A stretch of 64,000 nucleotides of DNA from the human T2T-CHM13v2.0 reference genome, Homo sapiens: the NCBI RefSeq assembly GCF_009914755.1, contig NC_060937.1. One strand, written 5' to 3'. Within the stretch, counting starts at the first letter, position 1, and each line of letters starts with the position of its first letter. Both the position numbers and the translations under genes were made by a program. Positions 16,751 through 32,022 of this stretch are shown here, in pieces. The notes under the pieces were generated by a model. It was not told the origin of the DNA. It saw nothing but the letters and a program-made list of their open reading frames with translations, and did not search any database.

Positions 16751-18639
16751 AAACAGAGCAGTAGAAGGGAGGGTGGATTAAAGTGGGGATTGTGTCTTGT
16801 ACATACATGTGAACTGTGTGCTAGTGGGACATGTCCTGCAGAGACAGAGATGCTGCGGGGGGAGAGGAGAAGACGGCAGGAACAGAGACAAAGCCAGAGG
16901 GAGGGCACCTACGGCCCAGGGCCAGCTTCAGCAGCAGCTCACTAAAAGCATGGCATGGGCCCAACAGAATTAATTGTATAGGTAATACTGGCTCATGAGC
17001 TAATGGTCAACAAGCCAGAAGAGCATGCATGGAAAGCAAGCAGGGCTCTGAGGTTATTTTACACCTTGCTTTCATTCTACAAAGACTACATTTAAACTAT
17101 CACAGGCACAAAAGCCATCTTACTTACTTGAGAAGGAGAAATAGACATTTACTGAGTGCTAGGAACTGTGCTAGATTTTTACATGTTTTACCTCACTGAA
17201 TCTTCCCAGACACATACAAGGTGAGTCTTATTACCCCCATTTCAGCAAAACCTGAAGATGTCTTAGAAAGGCACAAAATTGAACATACATGCCCACTTAT
17301 TTAAATGTTGCTATGTACAACTATATAAAACTTAGTAACTACCATATGCAGGCATGTATGTTAAATATTTGCATCATTATTTTCCTTTGTAAAAATTGTT
17401 CAGGAACAGTCTCTGTGCTACGAGGATTCAAGGCTTGTGTGGCTACTTCCTGTGATTACGTGAGATGCTTAGTATGGCACCTGTACACAGTAAGTGCCCA
17501 ATGAATGCTGGTGATTTTTATTATCACCTAATTGACATTTTCATATTGATTGGCCTCTTGTGTACCAGGCACCAGGGTAGGCTGGGGTTACAAACAGGAC
17601 AGAGTAGAGCCTTCCTCTCAGGAGGTTTATAGCCTCATAACTAAAAGCAGACACACAGATGGACAGTTAAGACACACACAGAAAGTTCAATCATGGCAAC
17701 CAAAATAAATGGAGTACTGAAAAGGAGACTTTCAAAGACTGAAGTCTTTAGTGCTGGGAGTATACCTGTGTAAATCTGTTTGGTGGCTGAGTGAGCCAGG
17801 AGAACGGAAGGATCTCGAGAACCCAAGAATATTCTCTGCTTAATTTTAAAGTCCTCCAGCGATGGAGAAGTCCAGGCTGAACATTGCCCTTGAGGCCCCC
17901 TCTGAACAACCTGGAGGATTTATCATCCCACAGAGGTCTCCACATGGCCTGAGAAGCCCAAGTCGGGAGGAGGAGCTCCCTGCATTCAATTTAGAAATGA
18001 AAGACCCCAAGAACTAAAGGTCAGACCCTCCTCCAGCAGAACCTAATCACTAAGTTTTAAAATGTCCACTTCTGTAAGGAGACTTAAAATTGGCACGAAT
18101 GTACAGTTGGGTGTCTTTCTAAGAAATCTTTAGTAATGCTAATCTCTGTTAAATCTAACTTTGAATTTCTCCTTTGATCTAAATTAACCACATCTTTCTA
18201 ACTCTAAGCAGCTTACAAGGAATAGTCCTTTATGAGGGTTAATGTGGCTCCTACTGGTGAATCTCAATAGCATGTATTCTTCAGAAGCTACTATTCCTCT
18301 CCAAGTGCTGAGCGATAGGAACCCTCTTAATTAAAAGACAGTGGTTTGTTTCATAGCACTTCATCTTTAAGAGTTTCTGCCAGGAATCTGTTTACTTCAC
18401 TTGTCTCCTCTCTTCTACTCCCCTTCCTCATTAAACACAAGTTAAGAAAACAAAGAAAAAACTTATAGCATTATGGTCACTGGTCTAGATATGATTTGTA
18501 ATTTGTTTCCCCATCAATTGTAAAAAAAAAAAAAAAAACCAGAAAATTTCAACATGGGAGACTGGGGATGGGGCTGTGCAAGCCTTTTAATATCAAGCAC
18601 ACACATGCATGTGTGCAGTATGTTTCTTTAACATCTGAC

Positions 18640-19270
18640 AGCAGTTTCATTCCACCAGTGAGTATCTCAGCACCCGCCATGTTTACATCCCAGGGTGGCT
18701 GAGGCACAGAGTGTTCTGAGAGCACTGAGGAGCCACAGCTGAGCCAGGCCTGGGGAATCAGGAAAGGCTTCTGGAGGATGCAACTTCCATGCTGAGCCCT
18801 GAAGGCAAGGAGCCAGGCAAAGGTTAAGGAAGAAGGGAGTTCAGAGGGAAGGAAGGATGTGTGCAGAGGTCTGCAGAGAGAGGCAGTCCCTTCCTGGGAC
18901 CTGCCAGTGGTGCAGGGCAGCTGGAGCACAACGCAGGGGATGGCAAGACAGGCTGGGCTCAACAGGCATGCAGGCGGATGCCGGGCCTCACTGCCACGTT
19001 AGGAAGGTGGTTTTGATCCTAAGGACAGCATGCAGCCATTGAAGGATTTTCCAATATGATCAATTTGTGCTTTCAGAAAGCACTGTAATATGATCAATTT
19101 GTGCTTTCAGGAAGATCACTGGTTTGAATGTGGAAAAATACTGGATTGATAAATGGCTGCAAGCAGTATGAAGAGACAGCTGCGGTGTTTTAGGGGCAAG
19201 GCCACAGTGGCCTGGACCAGCATGGTGCCAGTGGATGACGCCCCTAGAGACAGAGGTGCTAGAACCATGA
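18640..19270 (-). mobile_element. L2 fragment containing a 24-bp direct duplication (19053-19076 / 19087-19110)
   Basis: L2-like ggaatcaggaaaggcttctggagg...cagccattgaaggatttt; aatatgatcaatttgtgctttcag twice. Confidence 0.6.
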
Positions 19271-21499
19271 GGATGGACTGCAGATGTGTGAATGAGGGCA
19301 GACAGGCATTGTAGAGGACACACTGGGAGCTGGCATGAGGGTACCTTTGCCTGAGACAGACAGGCACCAAGGAAGGGGAATATTTTTGGGGAAAAAGTGG
19401 GGGAAGGTGAAGAAGAATACAGACAGGCCGAGTCTGAGCCTTTACCAGTCAACCAAGAAAAACACTCCAACCAGCAGGTAGTCTCTGGGATCTAGACGTA
19501 GGTTTGAGAATGAGCTTCTCACGGCTGTTAACCAAAGACGTGGGAGAGTGAGACGTCCCAGTGACGGTGTGTAACACACAAAGACAGAGGCAGTACCACC
19601 AGAACCCCAAGGACCATCCACAAGGAAAAAGGAGAGAAGAAAGCCCATGGAGACTAAGCAGCAGCAGCAGCAAGGAAACTACAGTGTGCCAGACGGATCG
19701 CACCTAGAAACGCTGCCAGCACCCAAGACTTGGAGTAAAGAGAAAGCACAAGTGTCCCCAGCAAAGGGATGGTCAGAGGAAGAAGCCCAAGCCTCAGTCA
19801 AAGAGGGCAGTTATGCGAGAACCTCTGGGGGCCTTCAGATGGTGCCATGGACCAAAGGCACAAGCAGAGGCCCAGACGCGGGAGGGCCCTGTGGGAGGCA
19901 GAGTCACTGGGAAACCAGTGTCCAGTGCACCTCAAAGCACAGAATGGTTGAGCTCAGGGGAGGCCTAGACTGCGGCAATCCAGGCGGCAGTGGGTGCAGC
20001 CTTGGCCTGGGACAGAGGGTTGGGCTCGGGGTGTGCTGTCAGGAGGCAAGTAGGAATGACCACACCCAAACAGTGAGCCAAAGGCAGAATGAACTCTGGT
20101 CTTCTGGCCCCTAGCTTAATAATGTCCTGTCATGTTGCATGGTAGTAGTCAGGCCGTGCGTCCCCAGCCAAAAAATGAATCGGCATTCTTGGAAAAGAAC
20201 TGAGTTATGACAGGTGCTGCACGCACCCCGTGGGCACTTCGGCCGGCAGATGCCTTCTCCTCCTGTTCAGATCCCTGGAATAGTTCCAAGCAACTGCAGT
20301 CAGTGCCATCAGAGGCGCCTCAAACTGTACCGAAGACCCTAGCAAGGCGAGTTGGAGGAAACATGAGTCAAAACCAACACAGCTGCCAGCGGCTTGGCTC
20401 CCTGTCTGAACGTTTTCACTTCTCAGAAACTTTCATGCAATTAATTTATAAGAGAAGAAAAAAAAAAGAAGCCAAGGCATGTGACTGCTGCAGACCCATG
20501 GCACAGCAGAGCCCAGCATGCCAGGTGCCGTCACACAGGGTCCTGTTTGGGGGCAGCGCAGCACAGTGGCTGAGGGGGGCTCTGTGCCTCCAGGGTTCCA
20601 ATCCCAGCTCTGCTGCCTGCCTGCCATGGACTCTGGGGATATTACTCCACCTCACTGCACTTGGCTTTTCCTGAGGAAAGCTGGGATGATGACAGTGCTG
20701 CCTCACGGAACAGCTACAGAGTGGAACTAGACGATCTGTGGCAAGTGCTGGGGAGTGAGCCTGGAACACCAGAAGGACTCAAATCTCAGTTGCCAGTCCT
20801 ACAATTGTGATGATCATTTAAAAGCCAGGATCCAGAACAAAACCAGTGCCACCGCGCAGCAGCCAGCCTGCACCTCATGAACACTCATGCATCTGTGTGG
20901 CCCCGGTCAGTTCCTCTACTCACCTGGGGCGTGCCCAGGGCCAGCTGCACCAGCCCTGCAGACCCCATGGGGAAGCAAGGGGTCTGTCTCAGCCTTCACG
21001 CCCAGGCCTCCAGGACACAGCTAGGGCAGGCTGGCTCCATCAACAGTGTGATACATGGACAAGGGCACACAAGGGAGGGGCAAGGCACAACGCCTCTGAA
21101 AATGGGAGTGGTTAGAGTCTGCATGACATCGGAGGATAAGAATCAGAGACACCAAAAACCACTGAGAAAACCAACAGAGAAAGGTTCCCGGGTAGAGGCA
21201 TTGGAGGAGACGCCTCTCCCACCAACGGGGCAGGAGCGGGAGGTGCCACGGAGGAGGCTAGCTGTGTAGGCTGAGGGACAGGGAACTGGAGGGTTTCCAT
21301 CTGAACACTTCTCCTTCCAGTAGTCCAAAGCGAGACCACAGGCTAATAGAAAATGTGGTGGGACCAGGGAGAGATTTTAGGAATATGAAGGAGGGCTGAA
21401 ATAACCATTGCCTAGAATATAAAAAAGAAGCTAACCCCAAGGAAATACAGAAGCCTTAATTAGAAAAATTTCCATATTATTAAATATGCATTAAGAGTC

Positions 21500-21760
21500 A
21501 GTGTGTGTAAAGGTTAAGAAAATAGACTCTGGATCCACCAGCCTGGGTTACATCCCAATTCCATTACTGAATACCTGTGTGACCTTGGGCCAGTTGCTTA
21601 GCCTCTCTGAACCTCAGCTTCCTCATCTGTAAATTAAGAGTAATAATAGTCCCTGCCTCAGAAAGTTTCCATCTTTGGTTAGATTAAATACAAAGAGATT
21701 AGAATAGTGTCTAGCAAACAATAAATGCAACAAGAGTTTCCAGGAATAATAATAATTATT
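21500..21760 (+). mobile_element. MIR
   Basis: ctgtgtgaccttgggccagttgcttagcctctctgaacctcagcttcctcatctgtaaa. Confidence 0.8.
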
Positions 21761-22184
21761 ATTTTTAATATCAGGCAACCTTAAGAAGAAGATAAATTTC
21801 TCCTTCAATTTTTATTCTTTAGCAAGTTGAAGTCCTTATCTCTCTGCCTGTCTGAATGTGTATCTTACTAGGAAGGCCTAATTCATACTCTATGTTCTCT
21901 GTGAAGTTTCCCTTGACCAACACTGGCCTTCCTCTTCTTAATTCCTGGAATACTAATCATCTACACCTCCCATGTGCCATTTCGCACACACACACCACCT
22001 ACAAATCTTGCTAGTTTTATAGTTCAATGCCTTGCTTTCGTAGCTGGATTGAGAGTGGTGATCTTACTGTGTCTCTGCCCACACTCACAAGGTCTATTGC
22101 AATGTCAATACAACATGGGCATCTGATGCAGCTCACACAGATTGATAGATACCAACCACAAAGACATTTGATAACCATAACTCA

Positions 22185-22277
<93 letters not shown>

Positions 22278-22980
22278 CTAGGAAATAACCAGAATGTGAA
22301 ATGAGAGCTATCGAAAGCAGACCTGTCCAAACCCAGCCTGAGAGTCACAAGCGTGGTGTTAGAGACAGCTGGTGCGAGAGAAACAGCCGCACGGCACGAT
22401 AAAAGGCTCTGCAGGTGGGCGTTACTTGCTATCCACCACACATGGCCACATGTCACTTCCACAGTGATGCACAGTGCCTGTGCCACTAAAGTCCGGGAAT
22501 TACATTTCAGACTGGAAACAAACATCAGTCTTCCCACTGACCATTTTCTTTTAGGTTCAATCTAATTTCTTTTAGGGCCTGAGTTCCATTCTCTTGTAAG
22601 ATACATTTCAGTGTTGGGGACAATGAAGGGTGTTAAAAATGGCATGACCTTGAGGAGGATGTATGGATGTCTAGACCAACTACATATTCAGTTTTGCACC
22701 AAGAGACAATGTAGGCTCTGCCCTGAAGGCCAGGTTTCTTTAGTTTACACAATACACCTGAATGATGGTTTTAATAATTAACCAGATTAGCTGGGATTTC
22801 AGAAGTAGTGACCAATTTGGAGATTAGTGACTAGAGCACCTTAATTATATGGAGGTTTCCTATTTCTTTAAGTCTGTCTCTATGCTGTGTATAATTAGTA
22901 ATTCTAAACATGGTGTTCAGAGGAAGTGAGATTTGTTTACTGAAGGAGCAGCTCTTTTCTGAACCTGAAGCTGCTGTTAC

Positions 22981-23214
22981 CTTTGCCAAGTGTTCCAGCC
23001 ACCGGCCCAGGGCAATGAACACAAAGAGCATGGGGGGCGTGTCGAAGAATGTCACAGGGCTCCTCTCCGCCTTCTCAGCCACAGCAACCACCAGGATGAC
23101 CAGAGAATAAACATAAGCAATGCTTGTGGCCAGGACGATGAGCACGTCCATGTTGGCTGACCTGTGTCTCAGAGATTTGTAGGCCTGAACGTAGAAGTAC
23201 CACCCACCGAGGAG
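22981..23214 (-). CDS. ATP7B: ATP7B exon 8 (234 nt; TM3-4)
   Basis: [78 protein letters not shown]; canonical AG/GT. Confidence 0.98.
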
Positions 23215-23917
23215 CTGAAAGACAAGGACAGTGAAGGCTGCCAGCAAGTAGGGAGGAGAGTTCAATGAGCGACACAGGGCCAAGGGCCCTGGGGATGGCA
23301 AAGCCTCTAGCTTTGTGCACAGTCGTGACAGTACTTCTTCCTCTGTGATGGGCGTTTATGAAATATACTTTCCCATTCAGAGGACTACTGTCCACAGGAA
23401 TGGATGACCAAGAGCATGTGAGACCTTTAAAACCCAGTGCTTACAACACAAATGTCCTCTAATAAGAGAATGGTGAAAAGTTGGGGAAAAAAATCACGAC
23501 TCATTTGTACTGTAGACAGCACAAGGCATTCCATTCCCTAAAGAGAATGGGCTCTATCTATAACCCACTGGCATAAAAGATGTCTAATACATAGTTAAGT
23601 GAAAAAGCCAGCTGCACATCAGTCTATCTTGTATGATCCCATTTCAGTTAAAAAAGTCTGTATCTGTATTACGTGAACATATACATACACATACACGCAA
23701 GTGTGCATTTTCTCTATATAAAGATTTGGAGAGATTAATGCCCAACTATTAATATCACCATAGCAACACTGGGGAATGAGATTGGGCGGGAGGCAGAATG
23801 TGATCAGTGAAAGGGCATCTTCCTCTTTTCTTCTTATACTTCAGTACGGTTTGAATTGTTAATAATAAGTGTACATTACACTTATAATCAAACAAAATAT
23901 AGAAAAACACAAATTCA

Positions 23918-24199
23918 GGCTGGGTGCAGTGGCTCACACCTGTCATCTCAGAGCTTTGGGAGACTGAGCTTGGAGGACTGTTGAAGGCCAGGAGTTTGAG
24001 ACCAACCTGGGCACATAGCAAGACCCTATCTAGCCAGGCATGGTGGCAGGCGCTTGTGGTCCTAGCTACTCAGGAGGCTGAGGTGGGAGGATCGCTTGAG
24101 CCCAGGAGTTCAAGACTACAGTGAACTATGATCACATCACTGAACTCCAGCCTGGGTGACAGGGTGAGACCCTGTCTCAAAAAAAAAAAAAAAAAAAAA
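23918..24199 (+). mobile_element. Alu (AluJ-like)
   Basis: ggctgggtgcagtggctcacacc...gagcccaggagttcaagactacagtg, 21-nt poly-A. Confidence 0.9.
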
Positions 24200-24490
24200 T
24201 CCAGCCTACCAATGCTTGCCCCCAAATAGCCCCTAAACATTCCAATATTAGGACAGGGATTTAGTTTTATATTCCAAAATATACACATAGAGGGCACACT
24301 TCCCACCAGACACACAGCTAGTTCCTTAATATCACCACCAAAGCAGACGTTTCATGCCTTTCTCTTTTAAATTATAACTTCCTGAAAGACAAGGACCATA
24401 TCTCCACCTTTTAAGATAGAACACTCAAGAGTGGCATGGGCTCAAGGGTGATCCAGTTGTTGCTTCCAGCAACAAACGTAAATTAACCTA

Positions 24491-25036
<546 letters not shown>

Positions 25037-26173
25037 TCACCTGGATTACAAGCCACTCCCCTTCTGAGGACACAGTTTAAGACCTGCCTTTGTCACATGT
25101 CTGGGACAGACCACCAGGGGTTAAAATGAAAGTAAGAACTCTCTCTCTCTGACACTGGCCATCTGAGGGAGCATCTAGAGGTCTAAACATCACTATAAGG
25201 AGGTTCCAAAGATGTTGAGGCCCAGCCCCTGCCTTCACATACTGTGGTTACCTCCAATTTACGGGTGAGGCAAGTGAGGCCCCAAAGCTGAGAATCTAGC
25301 CCCAAAGGTGCCTACCATCCTCGGCCTATGGTTGCCTATAGCTTTCTTTTCAAAATGCAATCTTATACAGACCCCCAAAGAAAAAAATAGATAAAAGCAG
25401 TATTTTATTAGTATAAACTTATACATTCTATCTTTAAACAATTATTTAAAATAGAGTCCATGAGAACAGTGATCACTGGCTGTCTCAATGAACACCATAG
25501 TTTGGAATCGGGGGTCATGGCTGACAGCTGTGGTCTCATGTTAGCTGCAGCATCCATGAAATTCCAACCGAGTGGTTGTGGAACCTCAAATGCACCTAAA
25601 ACATGACATGAAAACCACTGGCCTTTGAGGCTGAAGTCTTAGGCTGTTGGACTGCTACCCAAGAACCAGACCCCCAACTGGCTGTTCAGATGCCTCTCCC
25701 GTAAGCTCCTCCTGTGCCCCAGGCATGCCTACTGAACCAAGCCACAGCAGTCCCCAAGGGTAGCCGCCACCAATTCCTTCAGCCAAGCAAACTTCCACTC
25801 ATTCTTTGAGGCTCAGATCTTATGTCCCCTGCTTGGAGTTTTCCTAGACCTTCCAGAATCTGCCAGAGCCATTGATTTCATTGCTCACTCACTCTTTCTC
25901 AGCCAGACTATGGGCCCCTCCGAGACAGGGAAAGTATTTATCCCCAGCACCTAGCACACTGCCCTGCACACAACAGCAGCCTTTATGGTGCTGAATGAGT
26001 AACTGGCCATCTGAAATAATGAATGATCTCAGGTCTCCCGCGCCTGGGCCATTTTCTTTCCACTCAGCCATTATGCCTGCCTTCAAATTCTAGTTCTAGA
26101 ACCCATGCAAATAAAGTCTGAAAACATTGTCAAAGGAAAAAAAATCTACACTCTCTCCCTCCCTCCCAACTTA

Positions 26174-26359
26174 AGTGCTGTCCAATCTGTTAGCTAAAGG
26201 TAGCTAAATTGAAATTCCTTAAAAATTAAAAATTCATTTCCACAGTCACACTAGCTGCATTTGAAGTGCTCACTAGCTACATGTGACTAGCGGCTATCAC
26301 ACTGGGCAGTGCAGATACAGAACACTGCCATCATTCCAGAACTTCTTTTGGACAGCACT
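26174..26359. mobile_element. MER3/MER33-like hAT MITE
   Basis: Perfect 12-bp terminal inverted repeats agtgctgtccaa (26174-85) / ttggacagcact (26348-59); internal cagtcacactagctgcatttgaagtgctc. Confidence 0.75.
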
Positions 26360-26505
26360 GTTTCAGAGGGTTCACATTACAAGGGTAAAGGCAGCTAATC
26401 CAGGAGGAAGGCACCATGGGAAGACAAGACCAGCTGGCAGAGTTGGGCCCAGGTAGAGGAAGGGACTTAGATGAGAGCTGGAGTTTATCTTTTGTGTTCT
26501 ACCTA

Positions 26506-26631
<126 letters not shown>

Positions 26632-27463
26632 TTAAAATATGCATTGGCAGAAAGCACTTTTCAGCTTTGGAAATTAGAAAGTGAATCTAAAAGTGCCTCA
26701 GTAGACTTTGTGGGTTTTCTGCTTACAACTTCTTTACCCAATAGCCCTACAAACCCTGTGCAGAAGTTCAGCACTTCTGGGAAGACAGCTTCCCCAGACT
26801 CCAAAGCTGAGCAGTGCTGACTTATAATTTAAACTCAGCATTTTTGAGTGAAGGAATCCCAGATACCTAATGGTCAGAAATCTTCATTCCATGTATGAGG
26901 AAACAGAAGGTCGGAGAGGATAAATACCTTGCCCAAAGCCCCACCCTTCTCAGAAGAGCTGGACTCAGAGCTCCAGCCTCCAGCTTCCAGCCCAGGCTTC
27001 TTGCCACTGCGGCAGAACTCGGCTCCTTCAGCATTTGGAAGCACAGCTTCCACTGTGCCCCAACAGAGCCTACACCGCAATCTTGTGCTTTGCTCACAGT
27101 TTAACTCAAGCGCTTTGTTACCACGTTCATCTGACCACTATATCTCTGATACTCTTTATGAATACACACAGGAAAAACTGCCACGAATGCTCTTGTCTGG
27201 TAGCACAATTAAGAGAAGGGCCCCAGAACTCTGGTGCTGGGACTTTTACACAAAAATTAAAAGTTGGGGTGGGAGGAAGAGCAGCTGAGACTGTCTAAAG
27301 ACAAATCCTTTTACAAGTAATACCAGCCTAATTATATTAGCAAAAAATGGCCCAGAGATGCAAGAATGGAGGACAGACATTAGCAATAGTCCCCAAATAA
27401 GGTCAGCATGGATGCCACACCACACTTAGCAGGCTGGGTAGCATAGAAGCAAGTGAGGTATCA

Positions 27464-27798
<335 letters not shown>

Positions 27799-28033
27799 CT
27801 AAGTTGTGTTCAAAAGCACCACATGGGACTCTCCTTGCTGTTGACTGCATCAGTCTGATGTCTGAGCCTCATCAATGCCATATCACTACTGTTCTTTAAG
27901 ATTTGTGGTGTACTAGACTCACAAAGGCCACTGAGCTCGGAAGCACAAGACCTGGGTTTGAACACCAGTTCTGCTGTCCGTGAGCTGGGTATTGTGAGTA
28001 AAGTTACTTAACCTCTCTGAGCATCTTTCCTCA

Positions 28034-28739
<706 letters not shown>

Positions 28740-28776
28740 GCTTTCCCAGGCCACATAACAGACAGCATCTCTCTTT

Positions 28777-28778
<2 letters not shown>

Positions 28779-28808
<30 letters not shown>
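28779..28808. repeat. (AC)15 microsatellite
   Basis: Perfect AC dinucleotide run. Confidence 0.95.
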
Positions 28809-28811
<3 letters not shown>

Positions 28812-29490
28812 GAAGAGGAAATTCAGGATACTACATTAAGCCTGCTATAAGAGGCTTCATTTCATAAGCGATTTTATAACATGTAGTTCCCACTAAACTT
28901 AATTTATCCTTACTAGCTGTTACAAGTTAATCTTTTTCAGTTTTGACTGCCTTAACCCATTCAGATCACCACTGATGCTCATTCTCTTATAGCCTAGTAT
29001 TGTATAAAATGTAAAAAGGAAATAGCATGTCTGTGGACAAACTGGGAAGGGAGTAAGAGGCAGGGCACGCATGAAAATTCTCACGGATTTTCCAAAGCAG
29101 AAGCGGCCAAGCTCTCCACAACAAGAGTGGCCTGGCATAGTGGCAAAATGTGGATCATTTTTTCCAAGGCCAACGTTCCTTTGCTCTACAGATACTTCGT
29201 TTGGGCAAAGATCACACTTAAAAATTACAATTAGGCACTTTAACCCTATGTACAGGGTATCTTGACAATATTGATGTTTCTTAGGGAATATCTAAAATTA
29301 AAACAATAATAATGTCTTTTCCTCATCTTTCTCTTACCCATTCACTGATATCCTCCCTCAGATTATTTATTATTTACTTACCTGCAGTTTATTTTAAAAT
29401 GACTGAGCTTATTTCCATGGGAAAAGTTGAAGAATTTTGGTTATTTTCATTTTTTCTTAGCTATATTTTCTCATTTTTCTTCACTGATTA

Positions 29491-29775
<285 letters not shown>

Positions 29776-31348
29776 CTAGGTAACAGGCAGCCAAGAGCCT
29801 TTCCCTCCTCAGCACTGCTCTCAAGACCCTGGACTCCACCTCCAAACCCCGCATGTGAGATTCTCAACGTTCCTCCAGCGGCTTCAGGGACTAAAGAGTA
29901 GCTCTTCCCCAAAACAGGTACAAGAGACAGCCAATCGTGAAGCAGATGGCAACAGACCAAGGCTTGACTTCCGGCTCTGATACAGATGGGCTTTTATAAG
30001 CCCCTCTCCACTGTCTGTTACCTCACTGGCAAAGCCGGGATACTAATGCCTGTACGGGGTTGTGCACTTCTGTGAAACTCGCTGCACTCCTGAAATACTC
30101 TCCGTAATCCTGAGTGTTGCTGGCATGCGGTCTGCAGCTGCTGCTAGCATCCTCCCTATTTTAGTGCTCTGCTGGCTCCAAGGGTAATGATGTTAATACC
30201 TCTTATTAACAGGAGAAAAGTGGCTGATGCAGGAGATGTAATCAAAGGTGGTCCCAAGGTACAAATAGGCTATTGACAAGTGAAGGGAAGGACACTACCA
30301 GAAGGAGAAGCTCGAAAAAGACGACAGGCAGGATAGCATGATGTATTCAGGCAAACATCAAAAGCCAGGCTTCTCTGGACACAGGATGCTCGAGGGAGAG
30401 GAGGGAAGGCTGCAGGGCTGGATGGGTCCACAGCCTGAAGGCTCTCAAGCAGCCAGCTAAAGTGTTGCTAAGCTAGCACCTGATGCGAAGTCACTGAGGG
30501 GTAATGAGCAGTGGAATGATGTGACTGGAGCTGCATGCTGAAATTCGCATCAGTGATCCCAGAATAAATACAAAAAGAGCCAAGGGTCCCATCTGGAATT
30601 AGGGAGGAAGAAGAGGGGAGCTCATCTGCAATCAGAATGCATTCAACTTGGCCCAAGACCCAAGGAAAAAATGGGACTGCAAGGACCACCAGGAAAACTT
30701 AGGAGCTTATCTGTTGGCAGGTGACTGCCAACAGAATTTTAAAAATCAAGTATCCAAATATTTCAATGGTACTTCTCTGCTCTCCTTTTGTTTTTATAAC
30801 AACAACAATAACAGGTAGCATTTACTTTGCACTTGCAACATGGCTGGTGCTGTCCTAGGCATTGTGCTACTCACACCAAACCTAAGAGGTAAGTCTCAAA
30901 ACCGCAGTACTGAGAGGTTTAGGAACTTGTCCAAAGTCGCGCAACTAGTGACGGGTAGAGCTGAAGCACGTCCCCAGATGGGCTGGCTCCAGAATCTGCT
31001 CTGAGCCACTGCCATCTGCAGCATGAGGTGAGTCTTCTCAGACCAGGTTCAGAAGTATCCCTGCAGCGACAGGGCCAAAACTCAAACCCGGTTTTTAAAG
31101 CCTACACCGCTTGTGCCGTACCATGTTGTGTATCCTGACATGGGAAAGGGAAGTCTTAAGTGTGACGTGCTATTCCTGGGATATGTATTAGGCAAATATG
31201 AAGCAAACAGACAATTCACTCTTCTGAGTATCAGTGGTCAGCACTTCCTAGAAGACTAGTTAAATGCAGAAATTCACATAAAATCTGAATATGTGATGAC
31301 AATGCAACTATTGATACAGCATGGTTTTTTTAAAAAAAGAACACTACA

Positions 31349-32022
31349 GACACAGCATGCTGCCATGCCGACGTAGACCCTGCTCTGCACGCCAGCCCGC
31401 CCGCACCCACCATGGCCACAGTTCAGCAGCTGGAAGGAAGATGGCGCCTGCTGGACAGCAAAGGCTTTGATGAATACATGAAGGAGCTAGGAGTGGGAAT
31501 AGCTTTGCAAAAAATGGGCGCAATGGCCAAGCCAGATTGTATCATCACTTGTGATGGCAGAAACCTCACCACAAAAACCGAGAGCACTTTGAAAACAACA
31601 CAGTTTTCTTGTACCCTGGGAGATGAGTTTGAAGAAACCACAGCTGATGGCAGAAAAACACAGACTGTCTGCAACTTTACAGATGGTGCATTGGTTCAGC
31701 ATCAGGAGTGGGATGGGAAGGAAAGCACAATAACAAGAAAATTGAAAGATGGGAAATTAGTGGTGGAGTGTGTCATGAACAATGTCACCTGTACTCGGAT
31801 CTATGAAAAAGTAGAATAAAAATTCCATCATCACTTTGGACAGGAGTTAACTAAGAGAATGACCAAGCTCAGTTCAATGAGCAAATCTCCATACTGTTTC
31901 TTTCTTTTTTTTTTCATTACTGTGTTCAATTATCTTTATCACAAACATTTTACATGCAGTTATTTCAAAGTGTGTTGGATTAATTAGGATTATCCCTTTG
32001 TTTAATAAATGTGTGCTAAAAG
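31349..32022 (+). pseudogene. Processed FABP5 retrocopy with intact ORF 31412-31819 (probably the annotated FABP5P2), antisense in ATP7B intron 4
   Basis: Intronless 135-aa FABP5-like ORF with cccaccATGG context, FABP5-like UTRs, AATAAA 32004-09, short A tail, 16-bp TSD aaaaaagaacactaca (31333-48 / 32023-38) at a TTTT/AAAA L1-EN site. Confidence 0.95.

Noticed and set aside
19647-21269. Several 130-155 aa plus-strand ORFs in intron 9, including a short poly-Q (CAG)4-5
   Set aside because: No recognisable homology or splice structure; expected in GC-richer intron; CAG run too short to matter
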